Source: Paecilomyces variotii (lineage: Eukaryota). From it: a stretch of 64,000 nucleotides of DNA. The notes under the pieces are model-generated. The model saw only the letters and a program-made list of their open reading frames with translations, ran no database searches and was not told where the DNA came from. Position numbers and translations under genes: made by a program. The stretch's first letter is position 1. Every line of letters starts with the position of its first letter. Location of the stretch: the NCBI GenBank assembly GCA_004022145.1, contig RCNU01000010.1, one strand, 5' to 3'. Of the stretch, positions 1 to 12,332 are shown piece after piece.

Positions 1-2445
1 TCTTCTTTGGCTTCGGAGGCGCGGCACTCGGGATCGGAGCGTGTGGAATAACCTCCTCATCTTCTTCCATGACATGGGGAGCGTTCTTCTTGACGAACTT
101 GAGAAGCATGACAAGAACTTCGTTGGGAAGCTCATCAATGTCAAGCTCGATCTCAGTCTCCTGTGTACCTTTGAGAGAAGGAACGTTGTTCTGGATGATC
201 CGCAACGCTTCCTGCATTTTCTTGTCGGGCAGACTACTGATTCCATTGGAGATGATCCGCTTCTCCTGGTAGGTAACCAAGCGCTGCTTCTCCGGTTTCG
301 AACTCTTGGCAGAAGCTTTCTTGTCCTTCTTGGAAAGGCCACCGGCTCTCTTGAGGTCTTTCTTTCCACTCTTGGATTTGCCCGACTTCTTGGCAGCCGG
401 GGGAGTCTTCTTTTTCTTCTGGGTGATCGCTTCCACCTGCCTCGACATTTCCTCGATTTGGCGGCGAAGCAGTTGCAGCTTCTCACTGTCAGCATCATCA
501 TCGCTGTCTTCTGCGTCCTCGTCGCTTTCCTCGTCCGAGGAAGAGACACTCTGATGCTCAGGATGAGGCTCATGCGCTTCGATCCAGCGTGCCTTCTGCG
601 CCCATTTCGCGTCAAACACCTCCTGGAGCTTCTGGCCCGCAATGTAGGTGGGATCACCAGGGATATTGAATTTGAAGCAATTCTTGAAGATCTGGCGGAT
701 ATCGATCTCGAATTCCTTGGAATTCTCGTATTGTCCAGCCTTCAACTTAGCCTGCACGGTAGAGAGATCCATGGGTCTCTTGATGATGTTATGATAGGTG
801 GGGATATTAAGGGCGACAGGATCAACGGGAACGTAGAAAGGAGCGGCAATGTTGTAGTACTTGTGCTTGTGCAGCTCGTCCAAGACCTCTTGGCAGAACT
901 TCAGCTCCCACTGGTACTTCTTCTTTTTTGGCTTGGTAGTATAAGGCAGGTCGCGCTTGGGAGGGTGAATGGAACGCTTGGGTCGACCATCAGCATTCGT
1001 AGAATCACGACGGATCAACGGCAAGCCTTCAGGTCCCAAGGCAAAAGTAGTACTCTGGGGCGGACTGGCAGCGGGTTTGGGAGGCGTCGGACCAGCAACA
1101 ACTCGCGATTCACGGCGCGCCGCTTGGGTCTTTGGTACAGAGACTGCAGCCTTCTTCGGCTTCTTCTCCTCAACCTCGTTGGCCCTGGGGAGATTGGTCA
1201 TAGACTTCTCGAAGCTCGCCTTCAGTCGCTGACCTTCCTGTGCGACAATGTGATCAGGCCCGTTGAAGACCAGGGCATTCTGGGCCATCAATCTGACATC
1301 ATCAGCCACGGCCTCAGGAGTCTCGTATTCGTTGTTTTTGAGCTTGCGCTCAATCGTCCCGAGGTCCATGGGCCGTGTGATGATGAGCGGGTAGTTGGGG
1401 ATATTCAGCTTGATGGGATCTACGGGCTCCTTGTAGAATCGCGCGTCGTGGGAGCGCTTCAGGTTCTGGACAGCCTTCAAAAGGAACTTGTGCTGCATCT
1501 TGGTAATACCAAACTGTCCGTCAGTTCCGTCAGTCGGTTGTCCCACTGGCGTCTCTGTCGCAGGCGTAGGCGTAGGCGGCAGCTCGGGAACCTTGAAGCC
1601 AGGAGCATCACCATTGGTCTTGGTACGCTTGGCAGCAGGCTCTTCGCTGCCATCGGCTTCACGTTCCCGCGAGACCTTGGTGGGTGACGGTGGCGCATCA
1701 ACCATCTCCTGGTCGGCAGATGGCTGAGCCGAGGTTTCCTGTGCAGAAGGAGCGGGTTTCGAGGGGGAGGGGTGATGAGGCAGGTCTGAGGGTGCTGCAG
1801 ACGCCGGCTTGGCCTCGGCCGTGTCCTGCATCTTGTTCTCAGAGGGCACGTTCTCAGGAACCGTGCTGGGGGCGGAGGCGTCCTGCGTAGAGACTGGAGT
1901 CGTGGAGGCCTGTTCAGGCTTCGGTTCTGAAGGCTCAGCGGGCTTGGGCTCAGTGTCTGTCTTTGCGGGTGCCGACTCATCCATCGAGTCCTTTGTACCG
2001 TTCAATGCGGGAGACTTCGGAGACGAGGGAGTGGCGACCTCATCCTTGATGGTATTGCTCGCGCCGTTGGTAAGAGCAGGTTGGTCAGTGCCGTGTCCAT
2101 TCACCGCTGGCGGGATGTCCTTGTCGGCCGTTACCGCAGCGGCCTCTGCAGGTTTATCTGACGGTTGTACCTGCGCCGCTGCTTTGATTTCGTGAACAGT
2201 GTCCTGCGACCTGCAATGTGGTCAGCGGATCAGAGATCCAGAGCACGATGGAGAGAAAGATTAACATAGCAGACGTCGTCCCAACGACGTGACGTAAGAA
2301 TCGAGACGAGAGTAGAGAGAGGGCAAAGGGAGCGTGATGCTTACCCAGTAATCTTGGAATCCAGAGAGACATCAGTCACGGCCGGTGGCAGCTGAGTCTT
2401 GTCCTCCTTCAGGACAGTCGTCCCCTCAGGAGGCGGCGTCGCCAT
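1..2445 (-). CDS. BDF1: BET-family double-bromodomain + ET-domain protein (Bdf1); 3' end runs off the left edge
   Basis: ATG at 2445 (MATPPPEG...), GTAAG..CAG intron 2344-2211, then an open frame to the window edge. Two bromodomain motifs (PVDPIKLNIPNYPLIITRPMDL; PVDPVALNIPTYHNIIKRPMDL) and an ET domain (YQEKRIISNGISSLPDKKMQEALRII...EIELDIDELPNEVL). Confidence 0.95.
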
Positions 2446-2787
2446 GATAAGGTCCCTGCAGGTCCTCGACGGACCGATATACGCGATCTAACCAGTAGCA
2501 AAAGGCGGCGGAAAGCAAGCTCAGCTATCCAGGAATTTAAGGAGTGACGACACAATAATCAACTGAATACTCTGCGCTATCACAGGCTAAGACTCGAATC
2601 CCCGTTGACAGAGACCACCTGATTAGTTGACAGGAGATAAGAGGCGGAAGCAAGGGGAAGTGAGAGATGGTGGACAGAAGATGATTCAATTGCGAGAAGC
2701 GCGTTGTGGTAATCCGCGGAGCGGAGGGAAGCTGCCAGAGATACAGGAGATGGAGCAGCTGCCAAAGTGGAGAATGCGACAGAAGCC

Positions 2788-2795
2788 CTTTTATA
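2788..2795 (-). promoter_or_regulatory. TATA box (TATAAAAG) of BDF1
   Basis: TATAAAAG on the minus strand about 350 nt upstream of the BDF1 ATG, preceded by CACGTG (~2824) and a CT-rich tract. Confidence 0.45.
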
Positions 2796-2880
2796 TCGCC
2801 AAGAGAAGAGGAAAGTTAGAGGTCACGTGGGCGGCGACAGTCCAACTAAAGCGGAGGCGGAAGGCAAAAAGGCGACAGAC

Positions 2881-2906
2881 AGAGAGAGAGAGAGAGAGAG
2901 AGAGAG
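2881..2906. repeat. (AG)13 microsatellite in the BDF1 upstream region
   Basis: Perfect dinucleotide run read directly. Confidence 0.95.
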
Positions 2907-5396
2907 GAGGGAAAAAGAGACAGGCCGAAGGCGCCGAGATTCCCGCCCGCTTAAGAGGACGCGCCGGTCGGAACGAGCCAAGAAGGTGCTGGAGTCTGGA
3001 GTCAGGTGACCTGTGGCCGGAATGGGAGAGCACTGTCGCGAAAAGAAACCGGTGGTGCGTGTCGCGTGTCTCGATTCGCGCAGCTCTCTCGACCACAACA
3101 ACCGCAGCTTCTGGCGGGCAGTCGAGGAAGTGGTCAATAGTCAATAGTAAATAATCAATAATAAATAAATAACGACAGGGTAAATAGATGGCCCGACGTG
3201 GCTGGGCCAGGGCAGGGGAATGGATGAGAGGGGGGTAGGGTAGGAGAGAACGCGACTAGCAGCAAACGCGTCTGGTAATAATTGCTGGGCAGTAGTAACC
3301 GAGGATACAGGGCGGTCAGGTCAGGTGCTCATAGCAGGGAGGCGGTAACCTGACTTGTCGGCGCGCAGCTCAGCTCAGCTCCAGAAAGAGAGACTGAGAA
3401 AATCGGAGGGGGTGCTAGAATCCTTAAGTACGAGCGCCCTGGTCGCGGTCACCGGCCGGCTGCCGCTAGCTCCGGTCGCCCACGCTAGTCCCGATCATCC
3501 TGGTTCAGGCCATTTCAGGCCGTCTGATTCGCTCGACTGGATCAACTAGCGCCACTAGGGCGATCTGATTGGCCGTCTGCATCCGGAAGCAGATTCGCGA
3601 ATCCTGGATTCTGCCAGACTTCACCACCCAAAGAGCGAACAGACTGACATCGACCAAGACCCTCGAGACAAGGAGCGGGCCTCAGCCACATCCTCCTCTG
3701 CTTAGACCAAACCCTGTTCAGAACTCCAGATCCTGGCGCGCGTTCTGTTCTGCTCTACTACTACTATATCAGATATGTATTAAGATGTAATTTATCCTCA
3801 TATCTAGGTAGATACAAGTTCAGTGATCCGGATCGGAGGTGACGGTCATGTGCAGGACGCTGAGATGCAGGGCCGGATAAAGGGGTTGTTGCAGGAGTGG
3901 TCATTATGGCCTGCCGTATTCTGTTTACTCAGTCCGCCTGTTGCACCTCCATAGTCCATACTGCTATTAATTATGTCTGCCTGATTGCCTAATCGGCAAG
4001 GCAACCACACAAACCAGCTTGGTTATTATTGCATTAGTTATACCGATTTATGTACTGTAGTTATGTAGTTTAGTTACTTAACTAACCAACAATAGTTAAC
4101 TACCATCATCTTCAGGGCTCTTCCAGAAGAGTTCGGATGTATATATCAGATTACCAATTGGTAGCGCGTCCCTGATTTATGTCCAAAGCTCTTCTGGAAC
4201 TAAGCCCACAATTCTCATCATCGACGGCTTATAACCAGCAATCTTATTGCATTTCTCAGAAGTCAGAAACGTATATTATTACTATACCATATAGTACGTA
4301 TTTGGGATCGACCGCATCCACGCCAGGGCTCAGGGCTGAGCCCTCCCCTTGCGTCGCTTTGGGACTAGTCAGACTCGTCCCCACCGCCTTGGGGCTTCTC
4401 TTGGCGGTATCTGGCAGGCAGCAGCAATCTTCTTGAACGGGGAAACTTTGAAGAAATTTTCTTCCCGGCCGTCCATATCAGAATCACGACCCCCACAGAG
4501 CTGTAAGTCCCGTCGGGCGCTGAAGGTGCGCACAGCCTAAAAAAAGATGCTGCCCGTTGCCGACTATGACCACAATTAAGAGCATTTCCGTTCCATCTCT
4601 GTAGGGCAGATCAGGTCGCCTTTGTACGACGCAGACTTCAAACCGCACCAGTAACGCGGTTCAAGATGGGAGCAACCGACACTCTTGGCAATGTCCGCGG
4701 TTAGTCTCATCATGACCAGAAGACTAAAACTGGAAAAGCATGCCAGGCCAGGCCCAACGGCATAGTGACGCTTTCCCATCGATTTCAGCGTACGTCGTGG
4801 CGACCCCCAGAAACAAGCAATGTAAAGACAGCTAGCTCCGCATCGCGCGAAGGTATACAGACGATATCGAGACAACGCAGCTGTTATTAGTAAGATGAAA
4901 AAGCAGAGGCATTATCGTAAGAGTAGAAGCGTATTCAAGACTTCAGAGGTCCCATGAAGCACGCAATAAGCCGGTGGTCGGCTGGACGAAGGAACCGCAG
5001 ACGTCCATCGATGGTAGCAGCAAAGGGGGAACACAGTGGCAGAAATAATAGCTTCATCTCCAATATAATCTATCAAGCAACCATTCCGGAGTCCAGGCAG
5101 ATAGGATGAGGAAGAGTTCCTGGTTGGCGAGACTACTAGGTCGACAACGGAGCGGAAGTTCTCCCTCCTACTGCGGGCCCTAAGCTCCAATAGGCCAAGT
5201 GCGTATACAGAAGTTCAGAACTTTTTTCCCACAAGCATCACCGCCTGAGACTGCGACGGCCTGCGGCTCGACAGAGACTCAACAGCTCGATTTTTCTTCC
5301 TTGGTGAAGGCTGGGAATCGTTTCCCATCATCTAGAGCTCGTTTCTGCGACCCTTGTTCTTAGTCTGCCGCCCCGTTGCGTGCGGATCTATTCAAA

Positions 5397-7985
5397 ATGG
5401 GGAACAAGAAGGCTTCTCGTCCGGCCGCCTCGAAAACTTCGTCCGCCTCGTCGCCCGCGGTATCGGGGGGAACGCAGCTTGGAAATAAGTCTGCGATCTT
5501 GCGAGCCGTCTTCTCGCCTTCTGAATACCAATTAGCGCTCTTTGCTTCGGTCATTCAAGGCCTGGATGGGCAACATCTTCGCATCCATGACACCAACACT
5601 GGACGTCTGCAATGCGATCATGCGGCCGCTCCCAAGGAGACGATCACTTCGCTGGACTGGGGTTACTACTACGGAGATCGCCAGCGTCCTCGGGAGCAGC
5701 AGTCAAAGAAGAAGAGAAAGAGAAGTTCCGGAGTGAACGGCGCTGTGGACGGACTAGACAAGGGAGATGCAGTCGTTGCTTTCGGAACAAGCACATCCGA
5801 CATCCGCATGTACTCTCCCTCCGAGGACAAGATTGTTGGAACGCTGTCGGGTGGTCACGAGAATGGAATCAGAGATTTCAAATTTACCGCCAAACGGCCT
5901 GGTCTGGAAGGATGGAGTATTGGAGGTGATAATAAGCTGGTTCAATGGGACCTGCGCACTGGGCAATCTATCAGGTAAGAGATGAGCGCAAATACTCGTA
6001 TGGTTCTACAGGATCTGATCTGAATCTCTAGAACGATCAATCTGCCGACCTCGTCAGTCGTATCGGCGCTGTCTAGACCGGTGCCTTCCAACCCGCCACT
6101 GGTCTGCGCATCACAGACACCCTACATCATTGATGTCGAGGGCTCCAGCGAGCCACGGGCCTTCCCTGCCATGCGCAACCCCATCCACACACTTATCGCC
6201 TCTTCTGCGGATGAGTCTCTGCTTTCGGGACACTTTCTGGCTTCGGACGGGGATCGGTATATCAACGTCTTTGACTCCCGGAAGCAAAAGCTGGTTCTCA
6301 ATCTCGTGGCTGAGAAAGAGGTATCCGATCTGTCATTCTACCCTGGGTCGGATGCGCAGGAGAATGGCGATGAATCTTTGCCGGTCAAGAAGCAGCTTCT
6401 TGCCGCCGTCACCCAGGATGGCGCCATTGAGCTTTTCTCCAAACCGTTTTTCCAATCCGAAGAGTCGCAAAATACAAAGGCTACGAGTCTGAAGTCGAGA
6501 AGCAAGCAGATGACCAGAAGGGCGGATGCGTTTGTCAGGATCATCAAGTCCGACAAGTCTGGAAGCCTTGTCCCCGTCGTGACGACTACCTTTGAAGGAC
6601 CAGACCTAGTCATTGCATATGCTGATGCAGCAGTAAACCCCGTGTTCGAACGCGTGCGATGGCAGGACGAAAATACAGATGAGCTCGCTCTCAGCGGTAC
6701 CAAGGAGATCGTGAAGGGCAAGTCTTCATCCTCTTTGTCTGCTGCGACTCTGAATGGCATCAAAGAGGCAAGCAAGAGCCATGTCGATGAATCCAAGGCC
6801 GTGGTGGAGGAAGGAAACATCGCGGAAGACATCGAAATGGATGACTCTCGACAAGACGCTGTCTCCGTATCCAGCGACGAGGAGGTTTCCGACGATGAAG
6901 AGGATCGCAAGAAGTCAAAATCCAACGGAAAGCAACAGCAGCCACAGAAGCAGAAAGGTACGGATAAGGACGTCGATATGCAGGATGCCAATGCATCGGG
7001 CGATGAACAGGACGAGGAGGAAGCGGGTGAGCCTTCTTTCGGTGAGCTCATGCGTGCGAATGCCTCTGAACAGGCTATCGATGTGGAAGCCGAACTGGAG
7101 GATGATGTTGGCACAAGTGCGCTTGTACCAGGAAAATCAAATTCCACGGCTGTTCAGCTCCCCTCGGGTGTGTCCCTCTCCACTGTGCTTTCTCAGGCAC
7201 TCAAGACGAACGACAGTGAGATGCTCGAGTCCTGCTTCCACACCGGCGATCTCTCCATCGTGCGCTCCACAATTCAGCGCTTGGATTCTTCTCTTGGTGC
7301 AACTCTGCTGCAGAGACTGGCAGAGCGTCTTTCTACGCGCCCCGGTCGCTATGGGCACCTTCTCGTGTGGGTGCAGTGGACCTGCATCACTCACGGTGGT
7401 GCTATTGCAGGAAAGGCAGACTTGCTAAAGAGAATGAGCACTCTCTTCAAGGTCATGGACCAGCGCTCTTCCAGCCTGCAATCCTTGCTCCTACTCAAGG
7501 GAAAGCTTGATATGTTGGATGCTCAGCTGCACCTTCGGCAATCTATTGCTAATCGTGGTATGGAGAGTGACGAGGACGAGGACAACATCATCTACGTTGA
7601 AGGTCAAGATGACGAGGACGACGACAGTGATGTCGAGGGCGCTACGGCCACTCCACGGACAAAGTCACTACGCGATAGGGCTGCTGACGAAGAGGATGCC
7701 ACGATGAACGGCGTAGGCTCTGAATCGGATGATGAGGAGGACGAAGACGAAGAGGCAGACGAGGACGCAGACATCCTCGACGTCGAGGCTGAAGAGTCCG
7801 CCGGCTCTTCCGACGCGGAGGAATCTTTGGAAGAGAACGAGGACGAAGATGAAGACGACAGCGCTGGCTCGATGGCCGATTTCATCGCTGACACAGAAGA
7901 TGAGTCCGAGGACGACGCTATATCGCATCAACCTCCTCCCAAGAAGAGCAAGCTCAGCAAGGGCAAGAAGGGCGGACGCAAGTAA
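5397..7985 (+). CDS. UTP5: SSU processome / U3 snoRNP subunit Utp5 (WD repeats + Utp12 domain, acidic tail)
   Basis: ATG 5397; intron 5975-6031 (GTAAGA..TAG) joins the two ORFs in frame. N-terminal WD40 repeats (ITSLDW, GHENGIRDFKF, LVQWDL), Utp12-domain motif SLSTVLSQALKTNDSEMLESC...LLLLKGKLDML, D/E-rich tail and basic terminal NLS. Confidence 0.9.
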
Positions 7986-8932
7986 AAAAACCTACACCCC
8001 CAATAGAACCTACTCGGGGAGCGGAAAAAGGGAGGCCATGTATCTCTTTTACTTTATTTTTCTTTCTTCAACCAAAAAAGAAAAGGTGGCGTCTGCATCG
8101 CATTGGAGTCTTTTGTCTTTTTAAGTTGTTCTTTCCCCGAGTTGCATGACCGTTCAAACAAGGAACAGTCCTGACTATCTCTCTTCTTCCTTTTTTTCTT
8201 ATCTGTGTCATATTAGTTCCTTCGATTTCATCCTTCATCAGAGAGAAACTTGGGAAAAGGGACCGTGACATGTCATGTCGAATTTGTGTAATGTCACTTA
8301 TAATTGAAGAAAAATTCTTTCGTTCCTATAAGTATACTGCCATATGCCATCTATACATTCGGTCGATGTAGCTTAAATCTCGTTTAACTACTTATGCGAC
8401 GATATAGCGAAAGATATAAATAATAGCCAAAGTGAGTGAAAAAAAAAATCATTATCATTTCCCATGTTACGGAAATTGGCGTAGTTATACTTAATTTCGG
8501 TGCGGATATATATAGTTCTATACTCGATCACGCTAAGGGTCAACGTTTCTGATAACGATAAATATAACAGCAAGAATTTATTTATTTTACTCCGCGGCTT
8601 TTTTCATATATACGGAAAAACTGGTAATTTTTACCTGGATTATACAATAGTGCGTTACTTTTGGGTTATGATAGCCACTGGCGCTTTTGTCATTCGAAGA
8701 CATAAGCCGTAGAAGTCTCCAAGGCTGCTTACTAGGTAGGAAGATTGACAAATACCTGTACCAAGATACAGCGAAGAGACCGATTAGCTTTAAGCTGGAT
8801 GTCTAATAATAATGATTAATTGAGTCGTTGTTATTGATAATGGCTTCAACAAAGTGGGAAGCCAGCTGAGCGGCATAGAAATAAGTACACGGCTTGGCTT
8901 CTCAAGCTTAGGCACCGAAGACATCCGAAAAA

Positions 8933-11912
8933 TCACCGGATAACCTCATTACTTTCCTTTTCTATCCCCTCCAGGCCTTCGAGGATCTCACTGCCTCCAA
9001 GAAGCCCACTGGCCCCTCCAATGCTCTTCCTTGCACCACTCCATACCTCGTGGAATTTGACGCTCTCGTCGCTGGACGCCACGATAATGCATCCCTCTTC
9101 TGCTGTCCTAGACCACCACAACCCGCCTTCCTTTCCCTTGGGAGATTGGACTGTCGAGCCTGACGAGATGGGGGATAGATCACTTGTGTCAAGACCACTG
9201 TGCGCGGACGACCTGCGGCCTATTGCACCCGTGACTGAAGGAGCAGGGGTTGCCGTAGCACTTGAGGATTCCTGCTCCGAGACACTTTCACGCAGAACGC
9301 TGAATATCGAATCGTTGGGACCACCTGGATAACTGATTGCCCAGAGGGCCCTGCCACAGTCACTATTGCTATTACCCGCGGTCTCTCCACTACCATTTAC
9401 GTTCCAAGGAATAGCCACAACCTGTTCACAGCTCGGCCAAGCGAAAACGGCTATCCGAAATGGATGTTCTGGCTGTGCATAGCCGAAAGTAGCAACTATT
9501 TCGCGGCGTGTCTTGCTCCATATCAAGCTCGTCACTTGAGCGTGAACGTTGATAGTCGCCAGACGTGCTCCAGATGGCGTATGGTAGAAATGGATCGAAC
9601 GATCATTTGAACCGCCACCGGTAGCAAGAAGAGAGGGCTGCCACGGCGCGAAAGCAATCGCTTTTACAGCTGCAGAATGGGCTAGCCTATGTTTCTGTCT
9701 ATTAGAGGGTATCAGAATTGTCCGGCCTCGCCCAGATATCAGTGAGCCTGTGCGGACCAAGACCGATGGCGACAGACTTGGACCTTGGGTTGGGGCCCAA
9801 GATGGAAGGAATTGGCTCAGACGGCAATGTCGATCGAAAAGTCGATTGAGATGGGCATGTGCTGCGAAACGAGATAGAGCGCTCTGCGGTTGATCATTGG
9901 AAAGCCGCGAGCTAGTCGAAGACCGCGCTGAAACCTCGTTTCTGCTGGACAAGAGGATATCACGGAGCTCAAAGAGCAGGCAGGCGTTGTCATTACCTCC
10001 GGTTGCTAGAAACCTTCCGTCTGGCGACCAAGCTAAACCGCATATCTGCTGCGTGTGTGCGGAGATTTTGGCGATCAACGTCATGGAGCCATTCCAGTGG
10101 TGAGCATCTCTCGAGACATTGTCAGGCCATTCTACAGAATAATACCATACGTTGCCAAGGTCATCACCAACGACAAGGTCTTCGACCTCGACCTCAGTAT
10201 TTGAAAACCTTTCTGACAGTCGGATCGATGGTGTTGGCTTGAATGCCACACACGAAACGGCGTTTGGCTGGCTGATTTCGAATCGTACCTCAGAATCGAA
10301 AGTACTCCATAGAGAGACCAGCCCACCTTGTCTGCCTACCGCCAGAATACTCCGCCCCCCTCGTGCGGAAGAGAAGGAGAGGGAAGTCACATGGTTTGCT
10401 GAAGGTTGACTAGAAAAAGGAGGATACTGGACACCAATAACCTCCGACCACAGATAGACCTGGCTGCTTAGGCCGACAGCAAGTATCCCCGCAGTGTAAG
10501 AGTAAGCGAGAGTCGAGCAGTAAAAGTCATCTCGTAATAGAGGAGCGTCGAGAACTCGGAAAGGCAAGGTTGGCACTGCTCGCTGACGAGAACCTTTCGA
10601 AGTGGACCCAGAACCTAGGTTTGTCACGGTTAGTGACCGTCTGAAGTGGAAGCGACTGCAATAAGGATATTGGGGGCAGACAGTGTCCACTTAGATATTG
10701 ATAGGAGTCGGAGAAGCTTCACCAGCTTCTTATAATTTGATGGTTACGGTACTCTCGACTCGAATTCGTAATCTTGAATATAGATAGCTCCAATGATATA
10801 TAATGCTTAAATAGCTTATAGTCCCTCGACGAACGGGGAGAAATTATACTATTCCTTGCATTGGAGTTGGAGAGGCTGCTGATGAACTTACGCTTGACTC
10901 CTTCTGCTCTCTTCCAAGCGTTATCCTTCCACGTAATAGGAGAATAACGTTCATAGTTCGAGGACGAAGGACTCGGTCTGGACTCGAAATGTGGCGAAAT
11001 TCGACAGATATCAAGCATTCGGGTAGCTTGATCGATGTCTAAAGCTAGTGCCAGCCTTGCCTCGTGTTTTTCGCGCTCTTCCGCCGGCGTTGTCTTCTCG
11101 AGGAACTTGGCTATATACATAGGGGCAGTGGTCCCGCTCCCTAGAAGGCCTCCCATAGCATCGTTGATTCCAACTGGGGGGTTGCCGGTGGCAGCAGACG
11201 ATCCCCCGACATTCCAGACTGCGCCAGCGCTGATTTGCCGTAGAGCATCGTTCAATCCTAATGCCCCATTACCTCGAAGAGCTGCTGCATCATTGACAAG
11301 ATGTGGCATATAACGTGTAGAGTACCTGCGGTCCTGTGGTCTTCGTCTGGGAACGCTGGCCGCTCTTCGTGGCCGGGAGGGCATGAAGGGATCTGCACTA
11401 TGGTCTCGTCGCCGATGAAATCGTTCCTCCGGAGACATATGTCGCGGAGCCTTGCTCAAACGAAAGGGCGTTGCAGGAGGATCGAAGGGTGCTCGAGCTG
11501 GTATAAAACGATCGGGAGACTTGGGGCTACTTGGAGTATTCAGTGCTGCCACAGCACTGACACATCGCCTCCCTGTTACGCTCTTTCTCTGAAGTCTTTC
11601 TGGGGTGGTCTCAGATGCGGACAGAATGCCTGCGATGATCGAATGGTCAACAGCGATGCCGGCATTTTGAACAATCCCCGTTTCGTCACACGGAGGCGTA
11701 GAAGCTCTTGCGCTAGCCTCTCCTGACGATTGTAGTGAGTGGAACTCGTCGGACGACGATGAACTTTGAGGGGTCAGAACTGGCAAGGGCTCAGCAGCGG
11801 ATATATGTCCATTGTCATCTTCCGCGGAAACAGTGAGCTGGAAAGGACTAGGAGCTAGATGGTCTTTCGAGAGACGTGTCTCTTCCAAAGACTGGCATAA
11901 CGGTATTGCCAT
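8933..11912 (-). CDS. AMA1: Cdc20/Fizzy-family WD40 APC/C co-activator, Ama1-like
   Basis: ATG 11912; one intron 10891-10615 joins the exons in frame. C-box (DRFIP), PFRVLDAPLLRDDFY, HTQQICGLAWSPDG..LATGGNDN, HSAAVKAIAFAPWQPSLLATGGGSNDR, C-terminal IR tail (EVIR). Long insertions in the WD domain favour the Ama1 type over Cdc20/Cdh1 (inference). Confidence 0.82.
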
Positions 11913-12332
11913 CACTATAGCAGTGGCAACCTCAGAAAACAGGCATCAAACTACTCGTAACAAACATACTCCGGCAGAAGGAAGAATGAAAGTTGTGCTG
12001 GGGTCAGAACGCCACCAGCGGCCATAAAAATCATGTTAATTGAGACTGTAATTCAGGCGGGCGTCTTGAGCATTGCCCCCCGATGGTTATGGGAAGAGGT
12101 AACTGAAGAGCCTTGTCCTGCTTGCTATATTGGCCTGGACACGTGATGGGTGTTTTGAGTTTAGCGCTGAGATGTATGAGTGTCAACGCTGCTTCCCGCG
12201 CAGGCAGAGAGAGGCTTGATTAACCAGCAGCGACGAGGACGCCAGTCGCGAAAGGCTGCTCTTGAATTATTTTCGGGTTGCTGGATCAACTACGCAGGTA
12301 TTGACTAGTATATATTTACGGCACTTAAGAAG

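Noticed and set aside
41..1687. 548-aa plus-strand ORF
   Set aside because: Antisense shadow of BDF1; GTG start, Leu/Arg-rich, no recognisable domain.
2590..2605. B-box-like GACTCGAATCC suggesting a tRNA
   Set aside because: Mismatches the GGTTCGA consensus; no A-box or cloverleaf. No tRNA, 5S rRNA or snRNA was recognised anywhere in the window.
4611..4713. Box C (ATGATGA)...box D (CTGA) pair on the minus strand with two small hairpins, resembling a C/D snoRNA
   Set aside because: No terminal stem; only about 9 nt of complementarity to 18S rRNA, poorly placed relative to the D+5 rule; the ACTAAC after box C is equally well explained as a branch point.
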